From: Yuukianura sp. NJ FZ-2021
Lineage: Eukaryota
Length of the DNA: 64,000 nucleotides
NCBI GenBank assembly: GCA_046563655.1
Contig: CM102286.1
Span: 4,898,001 to 4,962,000, forward strand
Direction of reading: 5' to 3'
A program made the translations under genes and the position numbers. Of this stretch, positions 12,901 through 25,341 are shown piece after piece (position 1 is the stretch's first letter; each line of letters begins with the position of its first letter). The notes under the pieces are model-generated. The model was not told where the DNA came from. It searched no databases and worked only from the letters and a program-made list of their open reading frames with translations.

Positions 12901-15900
12901 CTAGTTCTTACTTACGTTAGAAAAATACTAGAGTAGGGGTGCACCTAGAGTTTAGTTCCAACGAAAACTTCGATGAATTCTAAAATTACGGAGTACAAAT
13001 AACCGAACGTAATCAAACCTAACCTTTAGCATAACCATGGTTTGTCCCGCCGTGATTTCAAGTAGGCAATTCAAAATGTTGAACAAAACAAGAATGGTGG
13101 GCAATTTGAGTGAGGGGTAAATTTTTAATGTCAAAGTTTAATAATTTAGGACGAATCAAGTAAGCTATATAACCTTCATAACGGTTTGTTCTCTCCAGTT
13201 CAACATGTTTGTAATGACCATACGTTCACCAAATGCTGTGTGGATAAAATGAAAAACAGCTTAGAAACTTCTTGTTTTTATAAAAAAAAAAGTTAATTTT
13301 TTCAAAGAAAGTTGACCGGCGCATAGTGCAAGCTTAATCAAAAGTAAATGACAAAAACAGGAGCAAAGCATCATTTTCTCATTAATTTTGAAGTTTACTA
13401 CTAAGACCCACATCCGGATTTTTTGCTCTACTTTTCCTGGATGAAAGTTTTTTGAAATATCCCAGACCAAAGTGATTGATGAAATAAGTTTAAAGAAGTG
13501 GGATGTTGACTCACTTCTTGGTTTACGACTTGAGAGATTTGAAGCGCGCGCTGTTCAATGACGCTCGAGCGTCATAATTTCTTTTTGATGACATTGTTCT
13601 TTGATGTGCCCAGATGTTTTGACCCGAAAAAACCTTGTTTTTACCCGCTCTTTTCCAATCTTGTTTCTTTCTCGGTGACTGGACATTTTCATTTGTTTCA
13701 TCTCTTCTGTTACCTCCCATCCTGTCATCTCCAGCAAATCTCCTGTGTCATCTTCATCAGGCAACAAAAGCAGCTCAACCTAACCATAGTATCTGTCGTA
13801 ACTTCAATCCGAATCTGTTCTTCCTTTCTGCTTAAGTTAGCAACAAAGCTTTCTCTCTTAAGACACATACCCGTCAAGGTCAAATGTCACAACATGTTTG
13901 TTAGCGCCATCATCTAAACAAGATAGCTTTGAAATTTTCCAATTTTTAATTGAAGCTAGGATTTCAGTTCAGCTTCAATGGCGTTTCTCTTCAGTTTCTT
14001 TAGTTTCTAATTTTAGCGAAGAGGCACGGAAACGAAAGCTTATAAAAAGTTTATTCAGAGTTTAAAGCTTAACCAAAACAGAGAAACGTCAGACACTGAA
14101 AAATGGATTTTCATGAAATTCCTTTAAAGTTACACTTCTCTTGAGGGTTCAGTTTCAAGTTAATTTTTGAAGAAATGACAAGTTTTTTCACTAAATGCAA
14201 CCACAATAGAAAAGATTTATTATACAGAAGTCCTCGAAACACATCACATTCATTTCGTTTCCATATTTCACTCTTTCCTTCTGTCAAGCGCACTTAATTA
14301 ATCAGGCGGAAACTCATTCATTTTTGCAACCAGAAGTTTTTACACTACTGTTTTTGTTTTCTAAAAAACAATTTTCTTATAGGCATGTTTCCGGTGTCAG
14401 GAAACCAACAGTAAATGGAATCCATTGTGACGAAAAGGCGGGAATTTGAGAATAGTCAGAATGGAATGCCGCATTCTAAAATTTTGTTTTTTATTTTTGG
14501 TTTGTTCTAATTGTGACAGGTATGCATGTGTGCAGTGACCTTCCGCCATATAAATATGATGGGAAGGAATGCACTTTACCAGCGAAGCCCTTCAGCACGA
14601 ATCTTCCTACGGCAGAAGGCTGCGTCAACTGGAACCAGTACTACACGCTGTGTCGTGCAGGGGAGAAGAATCCGTTTCAAGGGGCCATTTCCTTTGACAA
14701 CATTGGACTGGCATGGGTAGCCATATTCCTTGTCATTAGTCTCGAGGGATGGACAGACATCATGTACTACGTCCAAGATGCACACTCCTTCTGGGACTGG
14801 ATCTACTTTGTACTACTCATTGTGGTAAAATTTAAAAAAAAAAAAACTCTATAAACTTTGTCATAACTGTTTCTTGGTTACTATTTCCAGCTACAGAACC
14901 ATAGAAAGCGTCTCAGTTTTTCTACTAAGAGAAATCAGCAAAAAAGCGAGACGTTTTCTCAAAAATCTCTAATTACCTCCAACTACAATCGAAATTGTTA
15001 GAACAATGTAGCTAATAAAGTTTTTGGAAAAGGTGAATTGTGAACTATGATTGAAGCTATAAATCCCTGTTTTTGAAAAAAAAAAAAACTTTTTCTAAAG
15101 AAAATTTCCTACCCTGTTGTTCAAACAATTTTGAATGCAGTTGGAATCACTTCAGAATTTGGCAAAAACGTTTCTTTTTTGCTGATCGTTCAGTAGAAAA
15201 ACTCCAGGTTAGGATAGTAGTTTTGAAAGTTTTAAAAAAAAATTAAGGATTATCGCTCCAACGCCTGCCTGCCTAAAGTTATAAAAAGTCACACACAGAT
15301 TTTCCTAATTTTTAAAAGTCAGAAACGGTTCAACCTTTCTGATGTGTGCATTAAATTCTTCTAAGTTTCCAAAGAACTTTCTCTAATGTTGTTGACATTT
15401 GTAACACTCTTCGCAGTCATATTCTGAGATAGCGGAAGCGCAATTCTAGTAAAGTTGCTTTATGGCGGGAATCTAAGGGAATGACATTTATCCAATGTTG
15501 ATTTGTGGTGATTGATTGATTATGTTCGTTTTGTTTATTTGAACCTGAAACAGATTGGGTCATTTTTCATGATCAACTTGTGCCTTGTTGTCATCGCTAC
15601 ACAATTCTCGGAGACAAAGAAGCGGGAAATTGAACGAATGCGAATAGAACGGGCGAGATTCACTTCGTCCTCAACGCTTACGGCCATTGAGCACGCGTCT
15701 TGCTACTCTGAAATATTCAAGTAAGGTCCTCTTTTTAAATCTTCTAGAGTTCAAAAACATTGAAAATTTTTCGAGTTCAATTTTTTTTAAAATTCAAAAC
15801 ATGGAGCTTAATTCCTTTTCTCCATTTCGGCTTTTAAGGGCTCTGTTCACTTTCCTTCAAGGACTCATCCCGTCTGCTAGCATTTTGAGTTCTGTCCTAC

Positions 15901-18900
15901 GTTGGAAAAAGCATAGAGTGTCCATGAATAAATAATAGAATTCTCCATTGTCCCACCGACAGTCGGAAATCCACCTACCGTAAAACTTCCAATGAACTCC
16001 CTGGCGTCTATTCCGGATCTTGCCCTTGCTTGACTTAACCTATATCAAGCGTTTGTTAAAAATCATCCTTTTACCGGAAATTTTACGGTACTCTTAAACT
16101 GGAAAAGAGAAAGTTAGTGAAAGTTGAAAGGAAAAGACATATTTAGAATTAGGATAAAAGATGCCAAGTGGCACTTAAATTGTCGTGTGCTCCTTCTCCC
16201 TTTTGCTTTCAATTCAATTTGGAGACTCAAAGGCTATGGCCCATGTCAAAGGACTTCCCACAGGCATAATGAATTTCAAAATGAAATTTTTCATTTTTTT
16301 CCCTCTTTTATTTCAATTTTTTTATATTTTTCTGCAGACTCTTTTCTCACTGGATAAGGAAAGCCAGAAGAAAAGCTCGAAAGTACTTGAAGAGAAATGA
16401 CGAAGAACAAAATCAAATTGACTTGCGGAATGCACGAAACAATTGGGGTAGAGCGAATAACCTAGAGCTTAAAATTGAGCGAGAAGGGAACGCTAGGGGT
16501 TCCTTTGGCAAAGGGAACAATGGACTCACTTGTCCGCAACTACTTGCTTTATCTGGAGCACTTGGCGCTCTGCCGCAGGTACAATTTTCTAATTTCGCTG
16601 AATTTCTACTGGTTTAGTTTCTAGTTTTAATTTGCCAATTTTGTGCTCGAATTCCAGGTAGCCTTAGGCACAAATAATGTAAAAGGACTGCCGGATTGGG
16701 GAGAGCTGAGTACTTGCCTCAAGAGATCACAGCCAATGTCCTGGAGTGCTCCTGTCCTCACAGTGACTTCTGCCCCGGGGTCACCGAAGAAATCTTCTAG
16801 GAAATCTTCTGAGCATAGGTCACGCAGATCTTCACTTAATGAAATTTGGGGAACAGAGGACAGAGATGCAGACGAAGCAGGGCCGTGTCGCTCTTTTATC
16901 CGAAAAATTGTGGAGTCCAAAATATTTCAACAGGGAATTCTAGGAGCTATACTTGTCAACACGCTCTCGATGGGAATTGAGTATCATAATCAAGTAAGAC
17001 AATGACTACACAAGTTTAAGAATTTCTTAATTATACTTTCCACCATTACTTTTTTCCAAAAAAAAAAATAACTTCAGAAAAATGACGAAAAACATTGAGA
17101 CTTGATGTGGTTTGTTGAAACAAGAAAGGAAGCTGGGCGAAATTGAGAGAAAGTGAAAGTAATTTTTTTATTTTTACTTTTTTTTGCAGCCAGAATGGCT
17201 AACTGGCGTCGTCGAAATGAGCAACATCGTTTTCAGCGTTGTATTTTTTATTGAAATGGCTTTGAAGCTCATTGCTTACGGATGTATTGGCTACATCAGT
17301 AACGGTTTCGATGTCTTCGATGGAACCATCGTCATCCTGTCTGGCGTCGAACTTTGCCAAGGATTCCTTGAGGGACATACACACGGTGGTGGAGCCCTTT
17401 CAGTCCTACGTACATTTCGACTCTTGAGAATACTCAAACTCGTTCGGTTTCTGCCTAACCTGCGTCGCCAACTCGTCGTTATGCTCAAGACAATGGACAA
17501 TGTCGCTGTCTTCTGTGCTCTCTTGATGCTCTTTATCTTCATTTTCAGGTGGGACACACGGGAATTCAAAAGGCGATATTTTCACTCTAAAAGTGCATTA
17601 CGCTAATGTGATTTTGAATTTTAGTATCCTTGGAATGAATTTGTTTGGCTGCAAATTCTGTGCCCCGGCCTGTAAAGATTGTACTGAAATCGTTTGTGAC
17701 CGCAAGAACTTCGATTCGCTACTCTGGGCGCTTGTTACAGTTTTCCAGGTGAGCATAAACTGGTTTAGGCGAGAAATTTCAAGTGTTATATAGAGTTGTG
17801 CCAAGTCTTTTCTCGAAAACTTCCATTTGATAAACTTTCAGCAATTGAAAATGAAATGAGAGCAACACTTCAGTGAAATCTAAAAGCTTTTCACCATTTT
17901 CTTTGTAAAGAAATACAGCATTGTTCAATTTTCTCACCAAATCTTGTAAAGTGTTTTTTATTGAAATAGCGGGGGAAAGTCATTAGGCACAGATAACTTA
18001 AGAAGAAAGAAATTTCTTTTTTAAAAACTCGGAGAAAGTTGAATTCGAAACAAGCGAAATCCTTTGTACATTAAGCTCTTTTATGCATCATTTCCCCATT
18101 TCGTCGGTCCTTTTCTCCTCTGTGTAAGAAAGAGAATTAAATGGTTTTAGGAAACCGAGCATTACTTTTGTCAATGGATTTCGGTCAGGTTTGAATCTTT
18201 GTCAAACTCCAACTTGTATGATTGCACGGAAATTTCTCCAACGTCCATTGTCCTTGAAACTAGTTATACACATTTTGAGTTCAAAAACAAAATAATAAAG
18301 TTGAAATTAGATTCAAAATTGAGAATTTCTTCACCATTGTTTAAGATTCTGACTCAAGAGGACTGGAACGTCGTGCTGTTCAATGGAATGGAGAAAACGA
18401 GTCCATGGGCAGCCCTGTACTTTGTGGCACTCATGACATTTGGAAACTACGTGCTCTTCAACCTCCTTGTAGCAATATTAGTTGAAGGATTTTCTTCAGA
18501 AAGAATTGAGCGAGAACAAAAAGAAAAAGATGCTGAGGAGAAAGCAGAGAAAGTGAAGCAAAATGCTACTAAATTGATTCCTGTGAAGGCTCTGGAAGAA
18601 GAGACGCCGGGCCCTTCGTCAGCCCTTATGCCAGCACCTATAATTATTACGCACACGGCTGCTACTCCAACGGTGAGTCCAATTCACACTACTAATGATC
18701 ACTTTTTGTTCTAACTATAGAAAACCCTAACTAGTTCCTCTAGAAGTACAAAGAAATTGAGCAAATTGAAAAGAAATCAACCGTAAAGCTCCTCCATTTT
18801 CCACTTTTGACTCGAAATTTGAATCAAACTTCTTGGCACAATTTATTTTTGTTTTTCGTGTAAATTTCTTTTCCAATGATGCGCAAAATGGTAGATGCAG

Positions 18901-21900
18901 AAAAAAAATTTCTTTTGCTACCTGTTGTCATTCGTGTGATCATTTCAAAAAATACAAAACCAAACATCGAAATTTGAGACTGAAATTCCAAATATTATGA
19001 AACTCAGAAACTTGCGTAATTTGAAACAAACTTTTTTAATGATTGTTTTATATTGCAATTATTTAGGGCTCTCCTCAACCGCCTGACATTTACGCCTCAC
19101 GCTCTTCCATCAACTCAAATCTCCAACCTGCCGCCATTGAAATTGATGTCCACTTGTTTCACCCAATTGCCAATTCACCTGGATGTCGTTCCAGAAACAG
19201 CCTCAGTCCTTACATGACCTCACCCAGCATCAGTCCCTTAAGTCTCAGTCCATCGTCAACTCCCCGCAGAAGCCCTTCTTTAAAAAGAGCTCGCAGTTGG
19301 AGAGAAGAAAGAGATCAGCGAAGAAAAGAACGTCGATCAAGTTTGAGTCCTAACCTCAAAATGAATGAATACAATCACAACAACAATAACATCCTTCACT
19401 CCAGGTTCCTACTTTCTCTTTTCTAGAAAAACATCTCTACATCAACAACCCCCGAGAGACTCCTTGCCTAATGGTAATTTTATCCATGATGGAATTGAAT
19501 TGTGTTTGCAGTTACTGTGAGTCACGATGTGGCAGCATCAGTGGAGCCGGGTCTCCTCCATCGATTCATACCCTAGGAAGCATGAAATTGCCATCAGTGA
19601 AGGAAAAATGTCATTTTGCTCTGCACTGGATGCGGGAAAGGGCGGACTACTCGTGCTTTCTCTTTCCAAGTGGGAATAAGTAAGTGTGTGTTTGGAAATC
19701 AATTGGGATTGGGACTTTTTCTTTTGGGGCTGCTCAATTGTACGACCAAAGTGTCACTTGTTCTTGTTCAAGTATACTTGTTCAAACTAGTTTCTTCTGG
19801 TTCTGAAGAAATCTTGTGAAATTGACGTTAATACTGCCCGGATTCCTTTGTTCTTCTTCCAGGTTTCGGGAACGCTGTAATGAGGCTGTGGAGCACCCAG
19901 CATTTGACAGATTCATCCTCATGCTAATTGCACTCAACTGTATTACGCTTGCCATGGTACGTTCAGATTTTCAGATAGATTAGTTCCACAATTCCAAAAT
20001 TTCGAAATATCAAATTTGACGAACCATAAAATACTAGTTGCTTCTTAGCTATCCTACGTTGAGAAAACAAGTATTTTGAAATATATTTTAGTTTTGTCAA
20101 TTATTTTGCATAGACTATGATAAAGTGAGATTGAAATCGAAGCGTTGGATTTCTAGAAATTGTTGTTCTAAAACTGATTTTTATTTATTTTTTATAACAA
20201 AATTTTCCCAAGTTTTGCGTAATTTAACGGTGTGATATTGTTATTTTATTATCGTAGGAACGACCTAGCATCCCCGCCGACTCAGCGGAAAGACTGTTTC
20301 TATCCATCTCCAATGATCTCTTCACTATTTTGTTCCTAATTGAAATGTCACTCAAAGTGGTGGCTCAGGGCGGTTTTGCACAATACTTTGAATCTGGTAA
20401 GATTCCTAATTTATTTCCTGCCTTTTTGTTACTGCGGGACCAGCCCGTTTTGAAGTTTCTTTGAAGTTGTATTTTTTCTGAAACCTTTTTTTAGGCTGGA
20501 ACATCATGGACGGAATCCTCGTCCTCGTTTCAGTCGTGGACCAAATTATTTCCGTTTTTATGAACAGGTAAGACTGATGTATTTTTTCCCAAAAAAAACT
20601 CTAAAAGAAGTTTCTAAATGGTTTAAAAATTCCAAGCATTGTTTAACTTCATGTTCCGTTTTGAATTTTGTGTCAGTCCAAAGATATTTGGGATTCTGCG
20701 GGTTTTTCGGCTGCTCCGGTCTCTGAGGCCCTTGAGAGTTATAAATCGGGCTCCTGGTCTTAAGCTCGTTGTACAAACGCTACTGTCTTCCCTAAGACCT
20801 ATTGGAAACATTGTCGTCATCTGCTGCACATTTTTCATGATTTTTGGAATTCTTGGTGTACAGCTTTTCAAAGGTGAGCAAACAGGCTTCTACAGGAAAT
20901 TAAGTGCAACAATTTTTGTTTTGAATCTTTGACAAAAAAGACGCGTCTGATCAAAAAAAAATTTATTACAAACTCTGTCACGACTTATTTTTATGCTATA
21001 AACCGTTACGTCGAAAAAAATCGTTTAAAATTTCAGAATGTCAAATGAAATCTTTTCAGGAACATTTTACTACTGCGATGGAGACAATCTTAAGAATATC
21101 ACAACAAAAGCTGACTGTGTGTACCGTAACTATACTTGGGTGAACAAAAAGTACAACTTTGATGACCTAGGTCAAGCCCTCATGTCACTCTTCGTTCTAT
21201 CATCCAAGGACGGATGGGTGGACATTATGTACTCTGGACTAGATGCTGTGGGTGTAGACATACAGGTGAGCAGGATCGAAACTTTCTTTTAAAAAACTCT
21301 TCACAACCGACATTTCACTGTTTTTTTTTGTCTAATTTTAGCCTATTGAAAACTATAACGAGTGGAGGTTGACGTATTTCATTTCCTTCCTCCTGCTCGT
21401 CGCTTTCTTTGTTCTCAACATGTTTGTGGGAGTTGTTGTGGAGAACTTTCACCGTTGTCGAGAAGCTCAGGAAAAGGAAGAAAGAGCGATGAGAGCAATG
21501 AAGCGGCTCAAGAAAATTGAAAAACGACGTCGAAGTACGATGAACTTACAGTGATTGAGTACTTTATTTTCAAAAATGAAAATTTACAAATTTACAAGGG
21601 AGTTTCATAATATTTATATTTTGCAGAAATGCGAGCGCCGCCGTACTGGATACACTACTCTCCCTGGAGAATGAAAATCCATGGACTCGTCACTTCCAAA
21701 TACTTTGATTTGGCTATTGCCGGAATAATTGGTCTCAACGTAGTGACAATGGCAATGGAATTTTACATGATGCCAGATGTAAATTTTGAAACACAATGTT
21801 TCCTAGTACTATTTTGACTAAAAGTAATTGAAAAATGTCATCTTTTTAGGAATTGACCTACGTTTTGAAGATGTTCAACTACTTTTTTACGGAAGTGTTT

Positions 21901-23162
21901 ATACTGGAAGCTGTTTTGAAAGTAACCGCCTTGGGGGGTAAACGTTATTTTCGTAGCAAGTGGAACCAATTGGATACTTTCATCGTCATCCTCTCCGTAG
22001 TTGGAATCGTCCTTGAAAAAATGGAGTCAGATCTGATTCCCATCAATCCTACGATAATGAGAGTCATGCGCGTACTTCGTATTGCAAGAGGTAACTTACT
22101 CATAATCAACCTTGGTTAGCGTAAAGTACAATTGCATCAGTTGTAACCGCCAAAAATAACTACCCGGCCTTGGCGAAACTACCAATCGACAGTACAGGAA
22201 GGAGTAACCATCACAGTTAGATTTTAACAATACACTTTTATCTTATTGCTTCTTTGCGTTAAAGCTGAGAGGTTACAACTATACTTGGGATGGTTTACTT
22301 CAACACAAAAGTTACACCGTAAGGTTGAATTTTGAAAATCACTTTTGTTGTTTTCAGTTTTGAAATTACTAAAAATGGCCAGTGGAATTCGAGCTTTACT
22401 GGATACAGTGATTCAAGCGTTGCCTCAAGTCGGAAACCTTGGCCTGCTCTTCTTTCTCCTATTTTTTATTTTTGCGGCGTTGGGTGTTGAATTATTCGGA
22501 AGATTGGCATGTGATGACGATCATCCTTGCGTAGGCTTGGGTGAGCATGCCAACTTTTTCAATTTCGGAATGGCGTTCTTGACTCTTTTCAGAATAGCAA
22601 CTGGAGACAATTGGAACGGAATTATGAAGGTGAGCAAGATTTCTGTTGCATAACAACTAGGCGCCTGACAAGGCTTGACCTCGAAGATTTCCGAAGAAAA
22701 TTACTTTTGCTGCAAAAAAAAAATAGCTTCGCAGTTGAATTTTTCCTTTTGCTTATTTTTCAGGACACCCTGCGTGAAGACTGTGATGACCGGCCTGACT
22801 GCTTTCAAAATTGTTGCGTATCAAAGATCGTGGCTCCCCTGTTCTTTGTTATTTTTGTGCTCATGGCTCAATTTGTGCTCGTTAACGTAGTGGTGGCTGT
22901 GCTCATGAAGCATCTCGAGGAGTCTCATAAGCAAGCCGAAGATGACCTTGACATTGAAGCGGAGCTCGAGGCAGAGCTAGCGGCTCAAGATGAGATTTTA
23001 GCAAAATGTGACATTGACATCCAACCAGATTCTCACCCCCTCCCAGGTTCCACCGTGTCCAAACGAATTTCTAGAGTTAGCTCTCTTCCAGACAATTTTG
23101 TGTACACGTACTTTGATGATGAAGATGATGATCCTAACGAAGTATATAACACCTACCTATAA
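938..23162 (+). CDS. Ca-alpha1T: Voltage-gated T-type calcium channel alpha-1 subunit (Cav3), 5'-partial, multi-exon
   Basis: Phase-consistent exons: 938-1052, 6795-6928, 8765-8865, 9737-9911, 11853-11923, 14520-14824, 15554-15720, 16338-16578, 16658-16993, 17190-17548, 17625-17748, 18346-18672, 19067-19404, 19512-19679, 19863-19956, 20258-20396, 20495-20567, 20677-20873, 21060-21265, 21342-21534, 21627-21778, 21850-22090, 22358-22629, 22764-23162. Four S4 segments (e.g. [28 protein letters not shown]). Pore loops ISLEGW / LTQEDW / SSKDGW / ATGDNW give the EEDD filter diagnostic of Cav3. Also the Cav3 motifs [20 protein letters not shown] and IITHTAATP. Confidence 0.97.
2118..2326 (-). repeat. 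Three tandem ~70-bp degenerate copies of the tRNA T-arm/B-box + 3' acceptor strand + trailer
   Basis: Units begin (+ coordinates) at 2118, 2186 and 2257, and the true tRNA end is at 2327 (spacing 68/71/70). Minus-strand cores: CGCAGTTCGAGCCTGCCTTGGGGCA, CCCAGTTCGAAACTTGGTCGGAGCA, CGCAGTTCGAAACTGCGACGGGGTA. Confidence 0.85.
2327..2418 (-). tRNA. Elongator tRNA-Met(CAT) with 19-nt intron (intron 2363-2381)
   Basis: Minus strand GCCTCGATGGCTCAGTCGGTAGAGCGTCAGTCTCATA[ATCTCACACTACCAGAGTT]ATCTGAAGGTCGGCAGTTCGAGCCTGCCTCGGGGCA. The 73-nt mature cloverleaf has acceptor GCCTCGA/TCGGGGC, D stem GCTC/GAGC and T stem GGCAG/CTGCC. The intron is at the canonical 37/38 position, and an oligo-T Pol III terminator follows. 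Confidence 0.93.
7336..8067 (-). CDS. fabp: Cytosolic fatty acid-binding protein (FABP), nested antisense in a Cav3 intron
   Basis: Exons 8067-7998 ([24 protein letters not shown]), 7883-7708 ([15 protein letters not shown]...[18 protein letters not shown]), 7590-7441 ([14 protein letters not shown]...TSTRVFKR) and a probable micro-exon 7341-7336 (V-stop). Unspliced read-through ends KRVS-stop at 7432. About 133 aa with the FABP signature motifs. Confidence 0.93.
14915..15203. mobile_element. Fold-back / MITE-like element with ~120-bp imperfect inverted arms
   Basis: Left arm 14915-15034 (agtttttctact...atcagcaaaaaagcgagacgtttt...ctccaactaca...aaattgttagaacaa) is the imperfect reverse complement of right arm 15088-15203 (ttgttcaaacaattt...gcagttggaa...aaaacgtttcttttttgctgatc...agtagaaaaact). 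Confidence 0.6.
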
Positions 23163-24358
23163 TTTCCTACAAAATTCCTCATTAGGTTTACTAAAATGGA
23201 GGAAGCGCATTTTCCAAAGTTGTTTACACTTTTGTAAAATCGTGATAATACCCGATGGACAATCTAAAAAATTAAACAAAAATAAAAATTGTTGGAACAA
23301 GGCACTTTCGTGATTCCAAATAATTTGTATTTTTATTCAACATTTATTCAATTCATTTTTTTCAAATATCGGATAAAACTGAACTCAATAGGTTTCAGTT
23401 TAGACGTTGGTCAAATTTTTAAATGTCAAAAACAAAACAAACAACCAATCAGCCTGAAGAATCGTTCCAGATTCACAAATTGTGACGCAAATTAAGTCGT
23501 TCTTCATGCACGTACTCCCATATCCACGTGAAACAATTTCGAAGAAAGTTTTCAACAAAAAGCAAAGTTACAAGTTCTAGCTGGTACACGTTCGTTATTT
23601 GATGAAACTAACAGAATAATGTCGATTTAAAAAAAATTAAATAATTTAAAAATTAATTGTGGAGAGAGTAATTTTTTAAACTAACAAAAAGGATTTGTAG
23701 TTATTGAACATCTCCATCTTTTTATGGAAAGGAAATGATTTTATAAAATTTAGGTAAATTATTTTAATTGCAATATTTCAGCGGGAATTTAAAGCAAAAA
23801 TAAAACTGATTAAATCGTTTAACTGTTTATCAAAATGCTGTCGTTGAACTTTGTGCATTTTCAGTGGACTTTGTTTAACGGCTTCACATCCTCCGTAAAC
23901 TTCCGGATGCAGATTTTCATTATGAGAATCGACTTTGTGTGGTTCTCAGCGTCAATTTTTAAAAGTTTTTTGTTGTTTATAATATTTTAGTGCCAAAAAT
24001 ATGCTTTTGTTTTTATTTTTATAGTATATGCTGATTAATCTAATCAGAAAAGGAATTTTCACCAAAAGGTTATGTAAGGTTAACGCTTCCACGTCATTAC
24101 ATCAGTTCATTTGCGTAAGTGGCATTTATATAAGTGACAAATACATCAGTGTCAATTATATCAGTGCTACAAGCACAACAGTAGGCTACGCGGTTAACTT
24201 TGGATTAAGGTAGATGGAATCCACGGGATTTGGTTTCAAAACTTTTGTAAAGAGACATGCTGAAGTATTCCATCCAACCCAATCTAACTTTTCAAATTTT
24301 TACAGAAATGGTTGCGGAATGTTTTGTGCAAAAAGACAATAAGTTTTAGCAAAAAAAA

Positions 24359-24386
24359 TTAGTTTAACAATTAATTGTTAAACTAA
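24359..24386. repeat. Perfect 28-bp palindrome
   Basis: TTAGTTTAACAATTAATTGTTAAACTAA is its own reverse complement. Confidence 0.9.
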
Positions 24387-25341
24387 CAATGAGTTTAATT
24401 TTAATTATTAAACCCATTGTTCTTTTTTAATAATTATAGGAAAAGATTTTATGACAAGGAAGAAGCGGTTTATCTGTTGTCTCTTTTAGTTTCACGTACC
24501 TTTAATTCCTAAACCTGTCAGTAGTTGGATTACACAACTCAATTGGGACTTCATTTCGCAAAATTTTAGTTCAGTTTCACTAACTCAGAGTGCAAAATAA
24601 GGTTTTTGTAAATACCTCTTAACACATTCACAACTTTAACTTTGTTGCATAACACCTTTGAACCTTGAACTCTTTTGTAGTGTTATTTTGTATCAACATT
24701 GGTCACAAATCCATTAACTTATTATTCTCACACAACTTAATTAACCTATTTACTGACCATTTTTTCTTGAATTGGTCCTTGGAGCTTTTCTTTTTCGTTT
24801 GGCAATAAAAACGTTAGTAAAATACCTTGAATTTGAATAAGTGGTCTCTCGAATCTCGATTTTAGTCAATTGTGTCTTTTGAAATTGATCAAAGTATATA
24901 TGCTCTAATGCTACTCGAATGTTATACAACATGACAATGAAAAAGAGGAAGGATGCTGTTTAAAAGGAAGGATAGAGACCGGTTTTTGACCTCGGGTAGC
25001 ATTTCTGTCTTGTAAAAAACAACTTGGACCAAGATGCAGGAATATTACCTCAAGATTTCAATGCTAACTTGTTTTTCCACTTCAGTACATTATTATCATC
25101 CTCCTTAAGGAGGTATGGAAACTTGAAATGCGTCTCTTGGCAGGGTGACGCACAGAAAAGGTTCTTAAAAGTATCTTCAGTTCTGATTCCAATTACAAGA
25201 GCACCAGAACACGTTAGTACTTCAGTTGACTCCAAAGTGTACGCAATTACTTGCTAAAAGTTTAAAATTTTGGTCGAAAATATTCAAATTCCTTGAGAAC
25301 AGATTTAAAATTTTCCAATTGTGCCAAGTGCCTGAATCAAA

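Noticed and set aside
13523..13917. Cluster of overlapping ORFs in a Cav3 intron
   Set aside because: No coherent spliced frame or known motif found.
19405..19473. Extra Cav3 exon at 19427-19473 after a 22-nt intron
   Set aside because: The intron would be too short and the phases are incompatible; 19404->19512 splicing keeps the frame.
21535..21560. Exon 25c-like alternative donor in the III-IV linker
   Set aside because: No in-phase GT donor before the in-frame stop.
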